DNA from: Acidimicrobiales bacterium
GTDB taxonomy: Bacteria > Actinomycetota > Acidimicrobiia > Acidimicrobiales > Bog-793
Reading direction: 5' to 3'
DNA length: 64,000 nucleotides
Assembly (NCBI GenBank): GCA_050012675.1
Contig: JBEKGS010000006.1
Span: forward strand, 65,889-129,888
Part shown: positions 35,982 through 44,884 of the stretch, piece by piece
How the letters are laid out: every line of letters starts with the position of its first letter
Position numbering within the stretch: position 1 is the first letter of the stretch
Translations under genes and position numbers: made by a program
Notes under the pieces: generated by a model
The model's database searches: none
Seen by the model: only the letters and a program-made list of their open reading frames with translations
What the model was told of the DNA's origin: nothing

Positions 35982-36179
35982 GGCACCTCACCAGGGCTTG
36001 AGTGCACCGCAGTTCGCACGTCCGCGCCACTGCTTGCGGTGAGGCGTGCGAATGTCACCGTATGTGTATCGGCGCGTGGGGCAACGCAATTGACACCGAA
36101 GCGTGGCCGGAAGGCGACCGGGTTGGCCCCAGTGCCAATTGGGAGTGGCCTCGCTGGTCCGGCCCGTCTTGCGTGCTTG

Positions 36180-39100
36180 CTAGCTGACGGCCTGATTCTC
36201 GAGCAGGTCCCGCGCTCGGGCGAGCATGGGAGCGGCACCCACGCTTTCGAATCCGGCCGCCGCTTGCTCCGCCAGTCGTGCCGATTCGTCGAGCCTGCCC
36301 TGGCGGGCAAGCCATTCCGCCCGGTCCAGCTGCGCACGCGCCAGCCAGATCGGGTAGCCGAGACTGCTGAAGGCTGTCTCGGTGGCGATGAGGTCGTCCT
36401 CTACTCCGGCGTCGTTGCCTCTCGCGCCAGCGAGAAGTGCCTTGGCGCGAGTCACCTGAGCCCTCAGGAACTGGGGTATCTCGCCCAGCGGGTGATTGGC
36501 GAACAGATCGAGCAGTCGATCGGCTGATTCGAGGTCGCCGAGGGCGATTGCCGCATCGACGGCATCGGGAAGGCTGAGGCGCACTGCCTCGTGGGCGAGC
36601 GGGAGCCCGGCCGCGAGCGTCCCTTCGATCGCCCGCGTCGCTGCGTCGAGCGCCTTTCGGTGCTCACCGCCCGCAAGGGCGAGCGCTCCTTCGCAGCTCG
36701 AGTACATGGCCGAGGCCTGAACGTCCTCTGCGTTCTTCCAGGACTCGCAGTACGCGAACTCCCTCTTCGCACTCGCGAGCTCACCGCGGAGGGCTTCTAG
36801 GAACGCTTTGCGGAAGTGGAGCAGCGAAGCGACCGCCGCCTCGGCACTCGACTCGAGCACTTCGTCGGCGAGACTGGAGGCCTCGCTCCATCGCCCAGCG
36901 AGCATTAACACATAAAAGAGATTGGCCACCATGTTCGCCTCGTTGCGACGGGCTCCCTGGCGTCGGGCAAGCGCCAGGCCGGCGAGAGCGTGCCCTTCGG
37001 CCCCCGGCCGGTCATAGATCATGTAGAGATCCGTCAGCAGGTTCTGCACCCTCGACTCGACCTGCACAAGACCGTGCTTGCGGGCAACCTCCAGGCTCGC
37101 CTCGAGGTTCAAGATGCCCTCCTCGACCCTGCCGGCCCCGGTGTAGAGGTAGGCCTTGATCTGAAGGGCGTTGGCGTAGGTCTCTACGAGCTCGTGGTGC
37201 TGGGCCAGAGTCAGCGCCCGCTCGGTCGGCTCGGCCGCTTCGTGGCTTCGGCCCGTGAACAAGAGGGCCCTTCCCAACCGTTCCTCCAGCCCGGCGACCA
37301 CTTCTGGCGGAGCAGTGTCCGGATCGAGGGACGAGAGGGCCTCGCTCAGGCGCGCGACCGCCTGTTCCGACCTGCCGATCATGACGTACAGCGTCGCTAT
37401 CCAGCCGGCCACGCGGGCCGCGTCCACCACGCGGTCTGCGGCCAGATGTGCAACGGCCACCTGCTCGAAGCGGTCGAGAGCCCGCTCTTCGGACCCGCCG
37501 CGCATGGCCATCTCGGCGCTCTTTTCGATGAGCCTGGTCCGCTCCTCGTCATCAGCGCTGAGCTCGGAGGCCGTCAGGTAGGCGGCCTCCGCGGCGACCG
37601 GCGCGCCCACGGACTCGGCCCTGTCACCTGCCTGCACATAGGCGTCCTTTGCCTGCTCGCGCAACTGCTTGCCGTCCGGGTCGTCGGCGGCCGCCCTGTA
37701 GGCGTCGTGGAGATGGGCGGCGATGACTTCGATGACCTCGGCCCCGTCATCGGGGAAGACGTGGCGCATGTGGGCCGCCGTGGCGAGGTGGCGCGCCTTG
37801 CGCTCGGCTCTCGTCAGCATGTCGTAGGCGACCGAACGGATGAGCGACTGCGTGAAGGCGTACTGGCCGCGTTCGGGCGAGAGCTTGTCGGCCCGGACGG
37901 TCAGGACCTCCTTGCGGACGAGCGAGGGCAGGATCTCGTTGAGCTCACCCGCAACCGCATCGCTCACGGCTTCGATGGCCTGACGGGGAAAGGACTCGCC
38001 GAGCACCGCGCACTCCTTGACAACCCGCCGCTCGGCCGGTGAGAGCGCGTCCAGGCGGGAGGCGATGAGGGCGGTCAGGCCGGGCGGGACCTCGAGCTCA
38101 CCGAGCTCGCCGACGAGGTGCAAGAGGTCGTCCGCGCCTTTCGCGAGGACGCCCCTGTCGAGAAGGCTGCGCACGGTTTCGACGGCGTAGAGCGGGATCC
38201 CCTCGGCGCGCTCGACGATACGGGCGCGGCCGGCCGCGGGCAGATCAGCGACGAGCCCGTCTAGCAGCTCCCCGATCACCTGGTCGGAAAGGGGGTCGAG
38301 CGAGAGGGTCGTGAGGTTGCGGCGGCTGAGGACCAGGCCTGCCTGCTCCGCGCCCTCCGGGCGGGTGAGCACGAGCAGGAAGATCGAGTGGTCTGCGGAC
38401 CAGTCGAGCAAGTGGTCGAGGAAATCGACCATTCCGGAGTCTGCCCACTGCAGGTCCTCGACGACCATGACCACCGGCATGTGCTCGGCTAGTCGCTCGA
38501 AGAACAGGCGCCAGCCCAGGAACAATTCCTCGCGCGCGAGGGACTGGGCGCCCGAGAGCCCGAGCAGCTGGGCGAGGCGGGGGAATATGAACTCGCGATC
38601 GGACGCGTCAGGGATCCATCGTTCCAGACCGGACGTCAGCCGTTCTGCCACAACCCCGAGCGGGTCCTCCTCGCCGATCTGCAGCCGTGCGCGGACCATT
38701 TCCGACAAAGCCCAGTAGCTGACTCCCTCTCCGTAGGAGAGGCAACGACCGGCGTGCCAGAGCACCCCGTCAGCGAGGCCGTCGATGTACTTGAAGAACT
38801 CCCATGCGAGGCGCGACTTGCCGACGCCGGCGACGCCGGAGACGAGCACGAGCCGCGCCGAGCTCCGCTCGGCCGAGGCGTGGAAGAGCTCCTTCACGAG
38901 CCGCAGCTCGTGGTCGCGTCCCGTGAACGGCGCCTCGAGCACGCCTGAGCGTTGCGAGCCGGCCGTCGCTGCCACGACCCGCGTCGCCTGGTAGAGGTGG
39001 ACAGGCTCGGCTTTTCCCTTCAGGACGTGCTCGCCGGCGTCGCTGTAGGCGATCGCGGCCGCAGAGGCGGCCCGTGTGGTGCCGTCCACGTAACAGCACC

Positions 39101-39740
39101 CCGGAGGGGCGGCGGACTGTATGCGCGCCGCGGTGTTCACCCTGTCCCCGATGACGAGACCCTCCTCGGGCGTCTCGGTCGTGGCGGCACCGCCGGTCAC
39201 GATCCCGACCCGGGCAGACAGTCCTGCGTCATAGCGGCCGGCGCCGTAGGCGGCCACGGCCGAGACGAGTTCGAGCCCCGCCCGCACTGCGAGCTCGGCG
39301 TCGTCCTCCTTCGCGACCGGGGCACCCCACAAGGCCATGACCGCGTCGCCGATGAACTTCTCCACGACGCCGCCGTAACGGGCGACTACGGCGCGTGCCA
39401 GCTCGAAGTAACCCGAGAGGAACTCTCGCACCTCCTCGGCATCGCGCTTTTCGGAAAAGGTTGTGAACCCGACCAGATCGCAGAACAGCACCGACACGTG
39501 GCGGAGCTCGGTAGCCGAGGGGACGACCTTTTGAGGTGCCTGGAGAGCCGGATTGGGCTCGCCGAGGAGGGGAGGTGGAACGACGGCAGTTGCGACCGGG
39601 GCCCCGCACTCACCGCAGAACCGCTTGCCGGGGCCGAGCTGTGCACCACACGCGGGACACATCGGCGTCAACGGGTGGCCGCAGTCCTCACAGAACCGCT
39701 TGGTCTCGGAGCTCTCGCTCCCGCACTCCGGACAACGCAT
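36180..39740 (-). CDS. Double zinc-ribbon / class III nucleotidyl cyclase / AAA(STAND-like) ATPase / TPR-like repeat protein
   Basis: 1186 aa. N-terminus CPECG..CEDCG..CPACG..CGECG. Cyclase motifs FCDLVGFT, EKFIGDAVMALWG, GDRVNTAARIQ. P-loop GVAGVGKSRLAWEF. Long helical-repeat C-terminus with no HTH. Confidence 0.9.
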   Translation of the reverse strand: MRCPECGSESSETKRFCEDCGHPLTPMCPACGAQLGPGKRFCGECGAPVATAVVPPPLLGEPNPALQAPQKVVPSATELRHVSVLFCDLVGFTTFSEKRDAEEVREFLSGYFELARAVVARYGGVVEKFIGDAVMALWGAPVAKEDDAELAVRAGLELVSAVAAYGAGRYDAGLSARVGIVTGGAATTETPEEGLVIGDRVNTAARIQSAAPPGCCYVDGTTRAASAAAIAYSDAGEHVLKGKAEPVHLYQATRVVAATAGSQRSGVLEAPFTGRDHELRLVKELFHASAERSSARLVLVSGVAGVGKSRLAWEFFKYIDGLADGVLWHAGRCLSYGEGVSYWALSEMVRARLQIGEEDPLGVVAERLTSGLERWIPDASDREFIFPRLAQLLGLSGAQSLAREELFLGWRLFFERLAEHMPVVMVVEDLQWADSGMVDFLDHLLDWSADHSIFLLVLTRPEGAEQAGLVLSRRNLTTLSLDPLSDQVIGELLDGLVADLPAAGRARIVERAEGIPLYAVETVRSLLDRGVLAKGADDLLHLVGELGELEVPPGLTALIASRLDALSPAERRVVKECAVLGESFPRQAIEAVSDAVAGELNEILPSLVRKEVLTVRADKLSPERGQYAFTQSLIRSVAYDMLTRAERKARHLATAAHMRHVFPDDGAEVIEVIAAHLHDAYRAAADDPDGKQLREQAKDAYVQAGDRAESVGAPVAAEAAYLTASELSADDEERTRLIEKSAEMAMRGGSEERALDRFEQVAVAHLAADRVVDAARVAGWIATLYVMIGRSEQAVARLSEALSSLDPDTAPPEVVAGLEERLGRALLFTGRSHEAAEPTERALTLAQHHELVETYANALQIKAYLYTGAGRVEEGILNLEASLEVARKHGLVQVESRVQNLLTDLYMIYDRPGAEGHALAGLALARRQGARRNEANMVANLFYVLMLAGRWSEASSLADEVLESSAEAAVASLLHFRKAFLEALRGELASAKREFAYCESWKNAEDVQASAMYSSCEGALALAGGEHRKALDAATRAIEGTLAAGLPLAHEAVRLSLPDAVDAAIALGDLESADRLLDLFANHPLGEIPQFLRAQVTRAKALLAGARGNDAGVEDDLIATETAFSSLGYPIWLARAQLDRAEWLARQGRLDESARLAEQAAAGFESVGAAPMLARARDLLENQAVS

Positions 39741-39951
39741 CCCATACCCCCTCTGTTCGCGGGAAGATTACGACTCCCCGACGGGCACCGCAGCACTGTT
39801 CGCAGCCTTAAGTCCAGCCCACGCCCACGGTCTTGAGGTGCCGCCGGACGATATGGCGACTGCCGGGCATAGTGCTATAACCTCGGGCAATCTTGCGCGG
39901 GGCTTTCCGTGAGCTTGGGGGACGGCGCAACCGAGCGGGGAGGAAGTGCAA

Positions 39952-40881
39952 ATGAAATACCACCAGTCATCACGAAACCGCCGGAGGTCCCAGATCGCGG
40001 TCGTCGCTGTCGCTTTGAGCGGCGCCGCCCTGCTCATCCCCGGCACCGGCATGGCGTTCGCCACACCGGCCAGCACCCACCACGTCAACGTGACGATACC
40101 GACACCGCCGAAGGACCCGACCGTCGCGGCCCTGGTGCCGGCGAGCATCAGGCAGAAGGGGTCGGTAACCGCAGCGATGGACGCGACCTACCCGCCCGAC
40201 GAGTTCGTGGCGGCCAACGGCACGACGATCATCGGCATGGACGCTGATTTCAACGTGGCGCTCGGAGCGGTCATGGGCATCAAGTGGATCCCCGTCAACG
40301 CCACCTTCGACACGATCATCGTCGGACTGGAGTCGAAGAAGTTCGACATCGGCAACACTTCTTTCACCGTGACGGCGGCTCGTGAGAAGCAGATCAACTT
40401 CGTCACGTACTTCCAGGCCGGCGAGGGCTACTACGTGAAGACCTCGAGCACGCTCAAGCTGAATAACGGACTCATGAGCCTGTGCGGCCTCGCGGTCGCC
40501 GTCGAAACCGGCACGACAGAACAGACCGACGCCCAGAGCGCAGTCGGCTTGTGCACGAAGGCGGGCAAGAAGGCCGACACGGTGCTGCCGTTTGCGTCCC
40601 AGAGCAATGCCAATCTCGCCGTCTCGAGCGGAAGGGCCCAGCTCGGTTTTGCCGACTCCCAGGTCGCCGGCTACATCGTCCAGCAGTCGCACGGCACCTT
40701 CAAGTTGGACGGCAAGCCCTTCGGGGTCGCCCCCTACGGCTTCGGCTTCGCGAAGAGCTCGAAGCTCGACGTCGCCACCCTTGCTGCGGTCAAGGTCCTC
40801 ATGCACGACGGCATCTACATGAAGATCCTCGACAAGTGGGGAGTGCAAGCAGGAGCCATCACCAACCCGAAGATCGTCTAG
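39952..40881 (+). CDS. Amino-acid ABC transporter substrate-binding protein (family 3)
   Basis: ORF 39946..40881. ATG 39952 follows GGAGGA. Signal peptide with an AFA-TP cleavage-like site. The periplasmic-binding pattern (FDTIIVGLESKKFDIGNTSFTVTAAREKQINF) is present. Confidence 0.85.
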   Translation: MKYHQSSRNRRRSQIAVVAVALSGAALLIPGTGMAFATPASTHHVNVTIPTPPKDPTVAALVPASIRQKGSVTAAMDATYPPDEFVAANGTTIIGMDADFNVALGAVMGIKWIPVNATFDTIIVGLESKKFDIGNTSFTVTAAREKQINFVTYFQAGEGYYVKTSSTLKLNNGLMSLCGLAVAVETGTTEQTDAQSAVGLCTKAGKKADTVLPFASQSNANLAVSSGRAQLGFADSQVAGYIVQQSHGTFKLDGKPFGVAPYGFGFAKSSKLDVATLAAVKVLMHDGIYMKILDKWGVQAGAITNPKIV

Positions 40882-40914
40882 GCGCACCAAAAGCCTCCGA
40901 CGTGGGCCAGGTCG

Positions 40915-41862
40915 GTGACGCTCAACGGTGTTGAGGAGCACCGCCCGGAGGAGATCCGGGCGGTGCCCCTGCGCCATCCAGGCCGGTGGGTGGCCACGGC
41001 CGTCGTGCTCGTGCTCGTGGCGATGCTCGTCCATGACATCCTCACCAATCCCGGGTTCGGATGGGGGGTCGTGGGCAGTTACTTCTTCGCGCCGCCGATC
41101 GTCTCGGGGGTCGAGAAGACCCTCGAGCTCACCGTCCTCGCCATGGTCGCCGGGGTCGTCCTCGGCGTGATCTTCGCCGTCATGCGGCTTTCGCCCAATC
41201 CCATCCTCTCGGGCGCGGCCTGGACCTACATCTGGTTCTTCCGGGGCACACCGGTGTATGTGCAACTTGTCTTCTGGTACGCCATCTCGGCCCTCCAGCC
41301 GACGATCAGCCTCGGCATCCCGTTCGGTCCGGAGTTCGTGCACATGAGCGCCAACTCGCTCATCACCCCTATGGTGGCTGCGCTGCTGGGCCTCGGGCTC
41401 AACGAAGGCGCTTACTACGCCGAGATCGTGCGGGCCGGGATCATCTCGGTCGACCACGGACAGTTCGAAGCCGCGCAATCTCTCGGCATGCGCCGGGCGC
41501 AGCTGATGCGCCGGATCGTGCTCCCCCAGGCGATGCGCGTGATCGTCCCGCCTACCGGCAACGAGACGATCTCCATGCTGAAGACGACTTCGCTGGCGGT
41601 CGTGGTCACCTACCCGGAGCTCTTCTTTCAGACCACGAACATCATCGCCCGGACCTACCAGGCGATCCCCCTTTACATCAACGCATGCTTCTGGTACCTG
41701 CTAATGACCACGGTGCTCACGATCGGCCAGTACTACATCGAGCGCTACTACGCACGCGGTTCTTCGTACGCGCTCCCTCTCACGCCGATACAGCGCATCC
41801 GTCGCAACCTGACCACGCTTCGCCGCATCCCTCTCTCGGCGAGCACTCCGGGCAGGCCCTAG
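40915..41862 (+). CDS. Amino-acid ABC transporter permease
   Basis: 315 aa, polytopic. Contains the EAA-like loop (EAAQSLGMRRAQLMRRIVLPQAMRVIVPP). Confidence 0.85.
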   Translation: MTLNGVEEHRPEEIRAVPLRHPGRWVATAVVLVLVAMLVHDILTNPGFGWGVVGSYFFAPPIVSGVEKTLELTVLAMVAGVVLGVIFAVMRLSPNPILSGAAWTYIWFFRGTPVYVQLVFWYAISALQPTISLGIPFGPEFVHMSANSLITPMVAALLGLGLNEGAYYAEIVRAGIISVDHGQFEAAQSLGMRRAQLMRRIVLPQAMRVIVPPTGNETISMLKTTSLAVVVTYPELFFQTTNIIARTYQAIPLYINACFWYLLMTTVLTIGQYYIERYYARGSSYALPLTPIQRIRRNLTTLRRIPLSASTPGRP

Positions 41863-42627
41863 ATGGACGGCCCGATGGTCCGCGCCGAGGCGGTGCACAA
41901 GCGTTACGCCCTGCTCGAGGTGCTGAAGGGGATCACTCTCGAGGTGGCGCCCCGCGAGGTGATGTGCCTGCTGGGGCCGTCCGGGTCGGGCAAGTCGACG
42001 TTTCTTCGCTGTATCAACCACCTCGAGAAGATCAACTCGGGGCGGCTCTACGTGGACGGATCCCTCGTGGGCTACGAGGAGCGGTCCGGGCGCCTCCACG
42101 AGCTGCCCGACCGCGAGGTCTGTCGCCGGCGCACGGAGATCGGCATGGTCTTCCAGCGCTTCAACCTCTTCCCGCACATGACCGCCCTCGAGAATGTCGT
42201 CGAGGCACCGGTGCTCGTGAAGAAAGAGCCCAAGGCGGTCGTCATGACGCGTGCCCGGGCGCTGCTCGACAGGGTCGGGTTGTCGAGCAAGGTCGACGCC
42301 TATCCCAACCAGCTCTCGGGAGGCCAGCAGCAGAGGGTCGCGATCGCGAGGGCCCTGGCCATGCAGCCCAAGCTCATGCTCTTCGACGAGCCCACAAGCG
42401 CGCTCGACCCAGAGCTGGTCGGGGAGGTGCTCGACGTGATACGCGCGCTCGCCGAGGAAGGCATGACGATGATCGTGGTCACCCACGAGATCGGCTTTGC
42501 CCGCGAGGTCGGCGACACGCTCGTGTTCATGGACGAGGGCGTCGTCGTCGAAGCGGGCGTGCCGCGCGAGGTCATCGCCAATCCGCGCGAAGAGCGCACA
42601 AAGGCCTTCCTCTCCAAGGTGCTCTGA
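41863..42627 (+). CDS. Amino-acid ABC transporter ATP-binding protein
   Basis: 254 aa. [36 protein letters not shown]. Confidence 0.9.
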   Translation: MDGPMVRAEAVHKRYALLEVLKGITLEVAPREVMCLLGPSGSGKSTFLRCINHLEKINSGRLYVDGSLVGYEERSGRLHELPDREVCRRRTEIGMVFQRFNLFPHMTALENVVEAPVLVKKEPKAVVMTRARALLDRVGLSSKVDAYPNQLSGGQQQRVAIARALAMQPKLMLFDEPTSALDPELVGEVLDVIRALAEEGMTMIVVTHEIGFAREVGDTLVFMDEGVVVEAGVPREVIANPREERTKAFLSKVL

Positions 42628-42801
42628 CAACTCAAGGTCAAATGGGCCGGCAGCTGGCACGGCCACAGTGGATGGATGCGCCGATGGGCGAGTTCGGCCG
42701 TGAGGCCCCGCTCCCGGCCGGTTGTTTGCTGTCGGCGCGCTCGGGAACCTGAGGTGCAGCGCGATCATCATCTGCAGCGTTGTAATTGACAGGGAGGTCT
42801 G

Positions 42802-43305
42802 ATGCCGGTCGACGCTGCTGACCAAGCGGAGTTCGAGCGGTGGTACCTCGCGTCACGAAAGGCACTCATCGGTGCGGCATTTCTCTACGTCGGCAACGCC
42901 GAGGAGGCGCTCGACCTTGCTCAGGAGACCTACGCCCGTGCCTGGCAGCACTGGGACGTCGTTTCCAGGCACGCCAACCGTGACGCCTGGAACCGCCGCG
43001 TGCTCCACAACCTGGTCGTCAGCCGCTGGCGGCGCCTCGCCCTCGAAAGCGCGCGCACCCCGTTCAGGACCGAGGCGTACGAGCCGTTGGACACGTACGA
43101 TCTCGATCTCGCGAGGCTCGTCGCACGGTTGCCGGCGAAGCAACGCCGCGCCTTTGTCCTGCACGTCGTGTTCGACCTCAGCGTCGACGACGTGGCCACC
43201 GAGATGAAGGCGCCCGCGGGCACCGTGCGCTCGTGGATACACCGAGCCCGGAGCCAGCTCGCCTCCCAGATCGAATCCGATGCCCGTGTAGTGATCCGGA
43301 GGTGA
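42802..43305 (+). CDS. ECF (sigma-70 family group 4) RNA polymerase sigma factor
   Basis: 167 aa. Region 2 (EEALDLAQETYARAWQHWD...AWNRRVLHNLVVSRWRR) and region 4 (LPAKQRRAFVLHVVFDLSVDDVATEMKAPAGTVRSWIHRAR). SD GGGAGG. Confidence 0.85.
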   Translation: MPVDAADQAEFERWYLASRKALIGAAFLYVGNAEEALDLAQETYARAWQHWDVVSRHANRDAWNRRVLHNLVVSRWRRLALESARTPFRTEAYEPLDTYDLDLARLVARLPAKQRRAFVLHVVFDLSVDDVATEMKAPAGTVRSWIHRARSQLASQIESDARVVIRR

Positions 43306-43310
43306 CAGCC

Positions 43311-44615
43311 ATGGACGAGAGCGCGAGCGACGTCGATCAGCTCTTCAGGGAAGCCGCGCTGAGCGCCGGGGGTCTGGCGCACGTGCTCGACCCCACCAGG
43401 GCGATCGAAAGGGGCACGAGGCTGCGCCTGTTCGCCCGACGACGCAGGAACGCGCTGTCCGGTCTGGTCGTACTGGTCGCGATCGTCGTCTTCCTGGTGC
43501 CTCTCCCGCAACTGCACCTGTTCGGCTCGAACGGCACGGGAAGCACCAATGGTCATCACCCGGTCACCTCCTCGCTCGGCACTGCAGGCCGGACTTCGAG
43601 CTCGACCGCTCCGCTCGGAGGCGTGATACCGGCCGACTTCCAGCCAGCCTCGTTCACCGCGGTCAGCCTCGACGAGTGGTGGATGCTGGGGACGGCTCGT
43701 TGTCTGACGAGTGCCGGGACCTGTGGGGCGATCGTCCGCACGACCGACGGCGGCTCGCGCTTCGCGGGCATTCCGAGCCCGCCGGTGGGCGCGGACGACG
43801 TCACGCAGTTGCGCTTTGCCAACGCCCTCGACGGGTACGCCTTCGACCCGGAGCTGTGGGAGACGACGAACGGCGGCTCGTCCTGGGTGCGAGTTGACAC
43901 ACCGGGCCCGGTAGCCGAGCTCGAGGCGGCCGACGGGGAGGCGTACGCGCTGACCTGCCCTGCAGGCTTTGCCAAGTGCCAGGCGATGGACCTGCTCCGC
44001 GCAGCGGTGGGATCGCTCAAGTGGCGCAAGGCCTTCACGCCGGTGACGCTCCGATACGGGGCGCAGTTCGCGCTGAACGGCCCGAACCTGTACCTGCTGA
44101 GCGGGAACGACCCGCCTTTGGTACTGCTGTACTCGCGTGACAAGGCGGCGAGTTTCACCCGGCGCGTCGACCCCTGTTTTCCGGGCCTTGGTGGCAGGCT
44201 GACGGCGGCCGCCAACGGGGCTCCCGTGCTGTGGGCTGCCTGTCCCACGGGAATGATGGCGGAGGTGACCCTGTCGACAAACGGCGGTCGGAGCTGGCGC
44301 GTAGGCACAGCGACAGGAGAGTTCCCCAACAGCCTCGGACTAGCAGCCGCCACGTCATCGGACGCGCTGGCCTGGCCCGGCCAGCAGGTCTCCAAGTCAA
44401 GGTGGATCGCAATGCAACGCACGACCAACGCAGGCAAGAGCTACTCGGCTGCCATCACATCGCGGAGCTTCACGACGGTCACCTGGGCCGGGTTCAGCGA
44501 TGCCGTGCGCGCTTACGCCTTGATCCAAGAGGGCAACTACCCCGACACGACAACGCACTTGTACGAGTCGAACGACCAGGGTGCGAACTGGCGCCAGGTG
44601 CCGATCAAGGACTGA
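43311..44615 (+). CDS. Single-pass membrane protein with extracytoplasmic Asp-box (BNR) beta-propeller-like domain; putative anti-sigma partner
   Basis: Lies in the frame of ORF 43233..44615, starting at ATG 43311 after GGAGG. TM helix LSGLVVLVAIVVFLV. Five SxDxGxxW-like boxes: TTDGGSRF, TTNGGSSW, STNGGRSW, TTNAGKSY, SNDQGANW. Confidence 0.65.
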   Translation: MDESASDVDQLFREAALSAGGLAHVLDPTRAIERGTRLRLFARRRRNALSGLVVLVAIVVFLVPLPQLHLFGSNGTGSTNGHHPVTSSLGTAGRTSSSTAPLGGVIPADFQPASFTAVSLDEWWMLGTARCLTSAGTCGAIVRTTDGGSRFAGIPSPPVGADDVTQLRFANALDGYAFDPELWETTNGGSSWVRVDTPGPVAELEAADGEAYALTCPAGFAKCQAMDLLRAAVGSLKWRKAFTPVTLRYGAQFALNGPNLYLLSGNDPPLVLLYSRDKAASFTRRVDPCFPGLGGRLTAAANGAPVLWAACPTGMMAEVTLSTNGGRSWRVGTATGEFPNSLGLAAATSSDALAWPGQQVSKSRWIAMQRTTNAGKSYSAAITSRSFTTVTWAGFSDAVRAYALIQEGNYPDTTTHLYESNDQGANWRQVPIKD

Positions 44616-44720
44616 TCCGAACGATGGCCGCCGCCGACGTCGCTACCGGCTGACGGCCCGGGGCCGAGAGCCCCTACAGCACAGGCCTCCCCGTTCGCCG
44701 CTCGACGTGGCCGCGGAGGA

Positions 44721-44734
44721 GTGAAACGTTACAC
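44721..44734. promoter_or_regulatory. LacI-family operator candidate (copy 1), upstream of the lacI-family gene
   Basis: GTGAAACGTTACAC. Half-sites GTGAAAC / GTGTAAC flank a central CG, close to the generic LacI/GalR/Cra box TGAAACGTTTCA. Confidence 0.5.
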
Positions 44735-44884
44735 TTCGGGGCGTGATCGCTCGGGAGCTACCCGGTGCCGATCGCACGCGATTACCGTGCAACGAGACGG
44801 TCCGGCCTCGAAGTCGAGCTGCGGCGTTAAGGTACGCCGGGAACTGCAGCGGGAGGCGGCACCCGAGCCCAGCATAGGAGACCG

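Noticed and set aside
36002-36187. A 61-aa Cys-containing ORF between the cyclase and GGDEF-EAL genes.
   Set aside because: It is on the opposite strand to both neighbours, has no SD, and overlaps the cyclase stop. The hairpin at 36013-36052 explains the local structure better.
36180-39740. Calling the cyclase-STAND-TPR protein an antiphage (Avs-like) defence gene.
   Set aside because: It has no nuclease, protease or other effector domain, no mobile-element or defence-island neighbours, and it sits among housekeeping and signalling genes. The architecture matches the known actinobacterial signalling cyclase-ATPases better.
39970-42752. Long out-of-frame ORFs (39970..41478 minus, 41061..42752 plus) across the amino-acid ABC operon.
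   Set aside because: They overlap three genes with clear ABC motifs. The translations are low-complexity Arg/Gly/Pro/His.
42628-42801. An ECF-type autoregulated promoter (GGAAC...CGTT) upstream of the sigma gene.
   Set aside because: GGGAAC and CGTT are both present but about 29 nt apart, far from the 16-17 nt spacing expected. It is not supportable.
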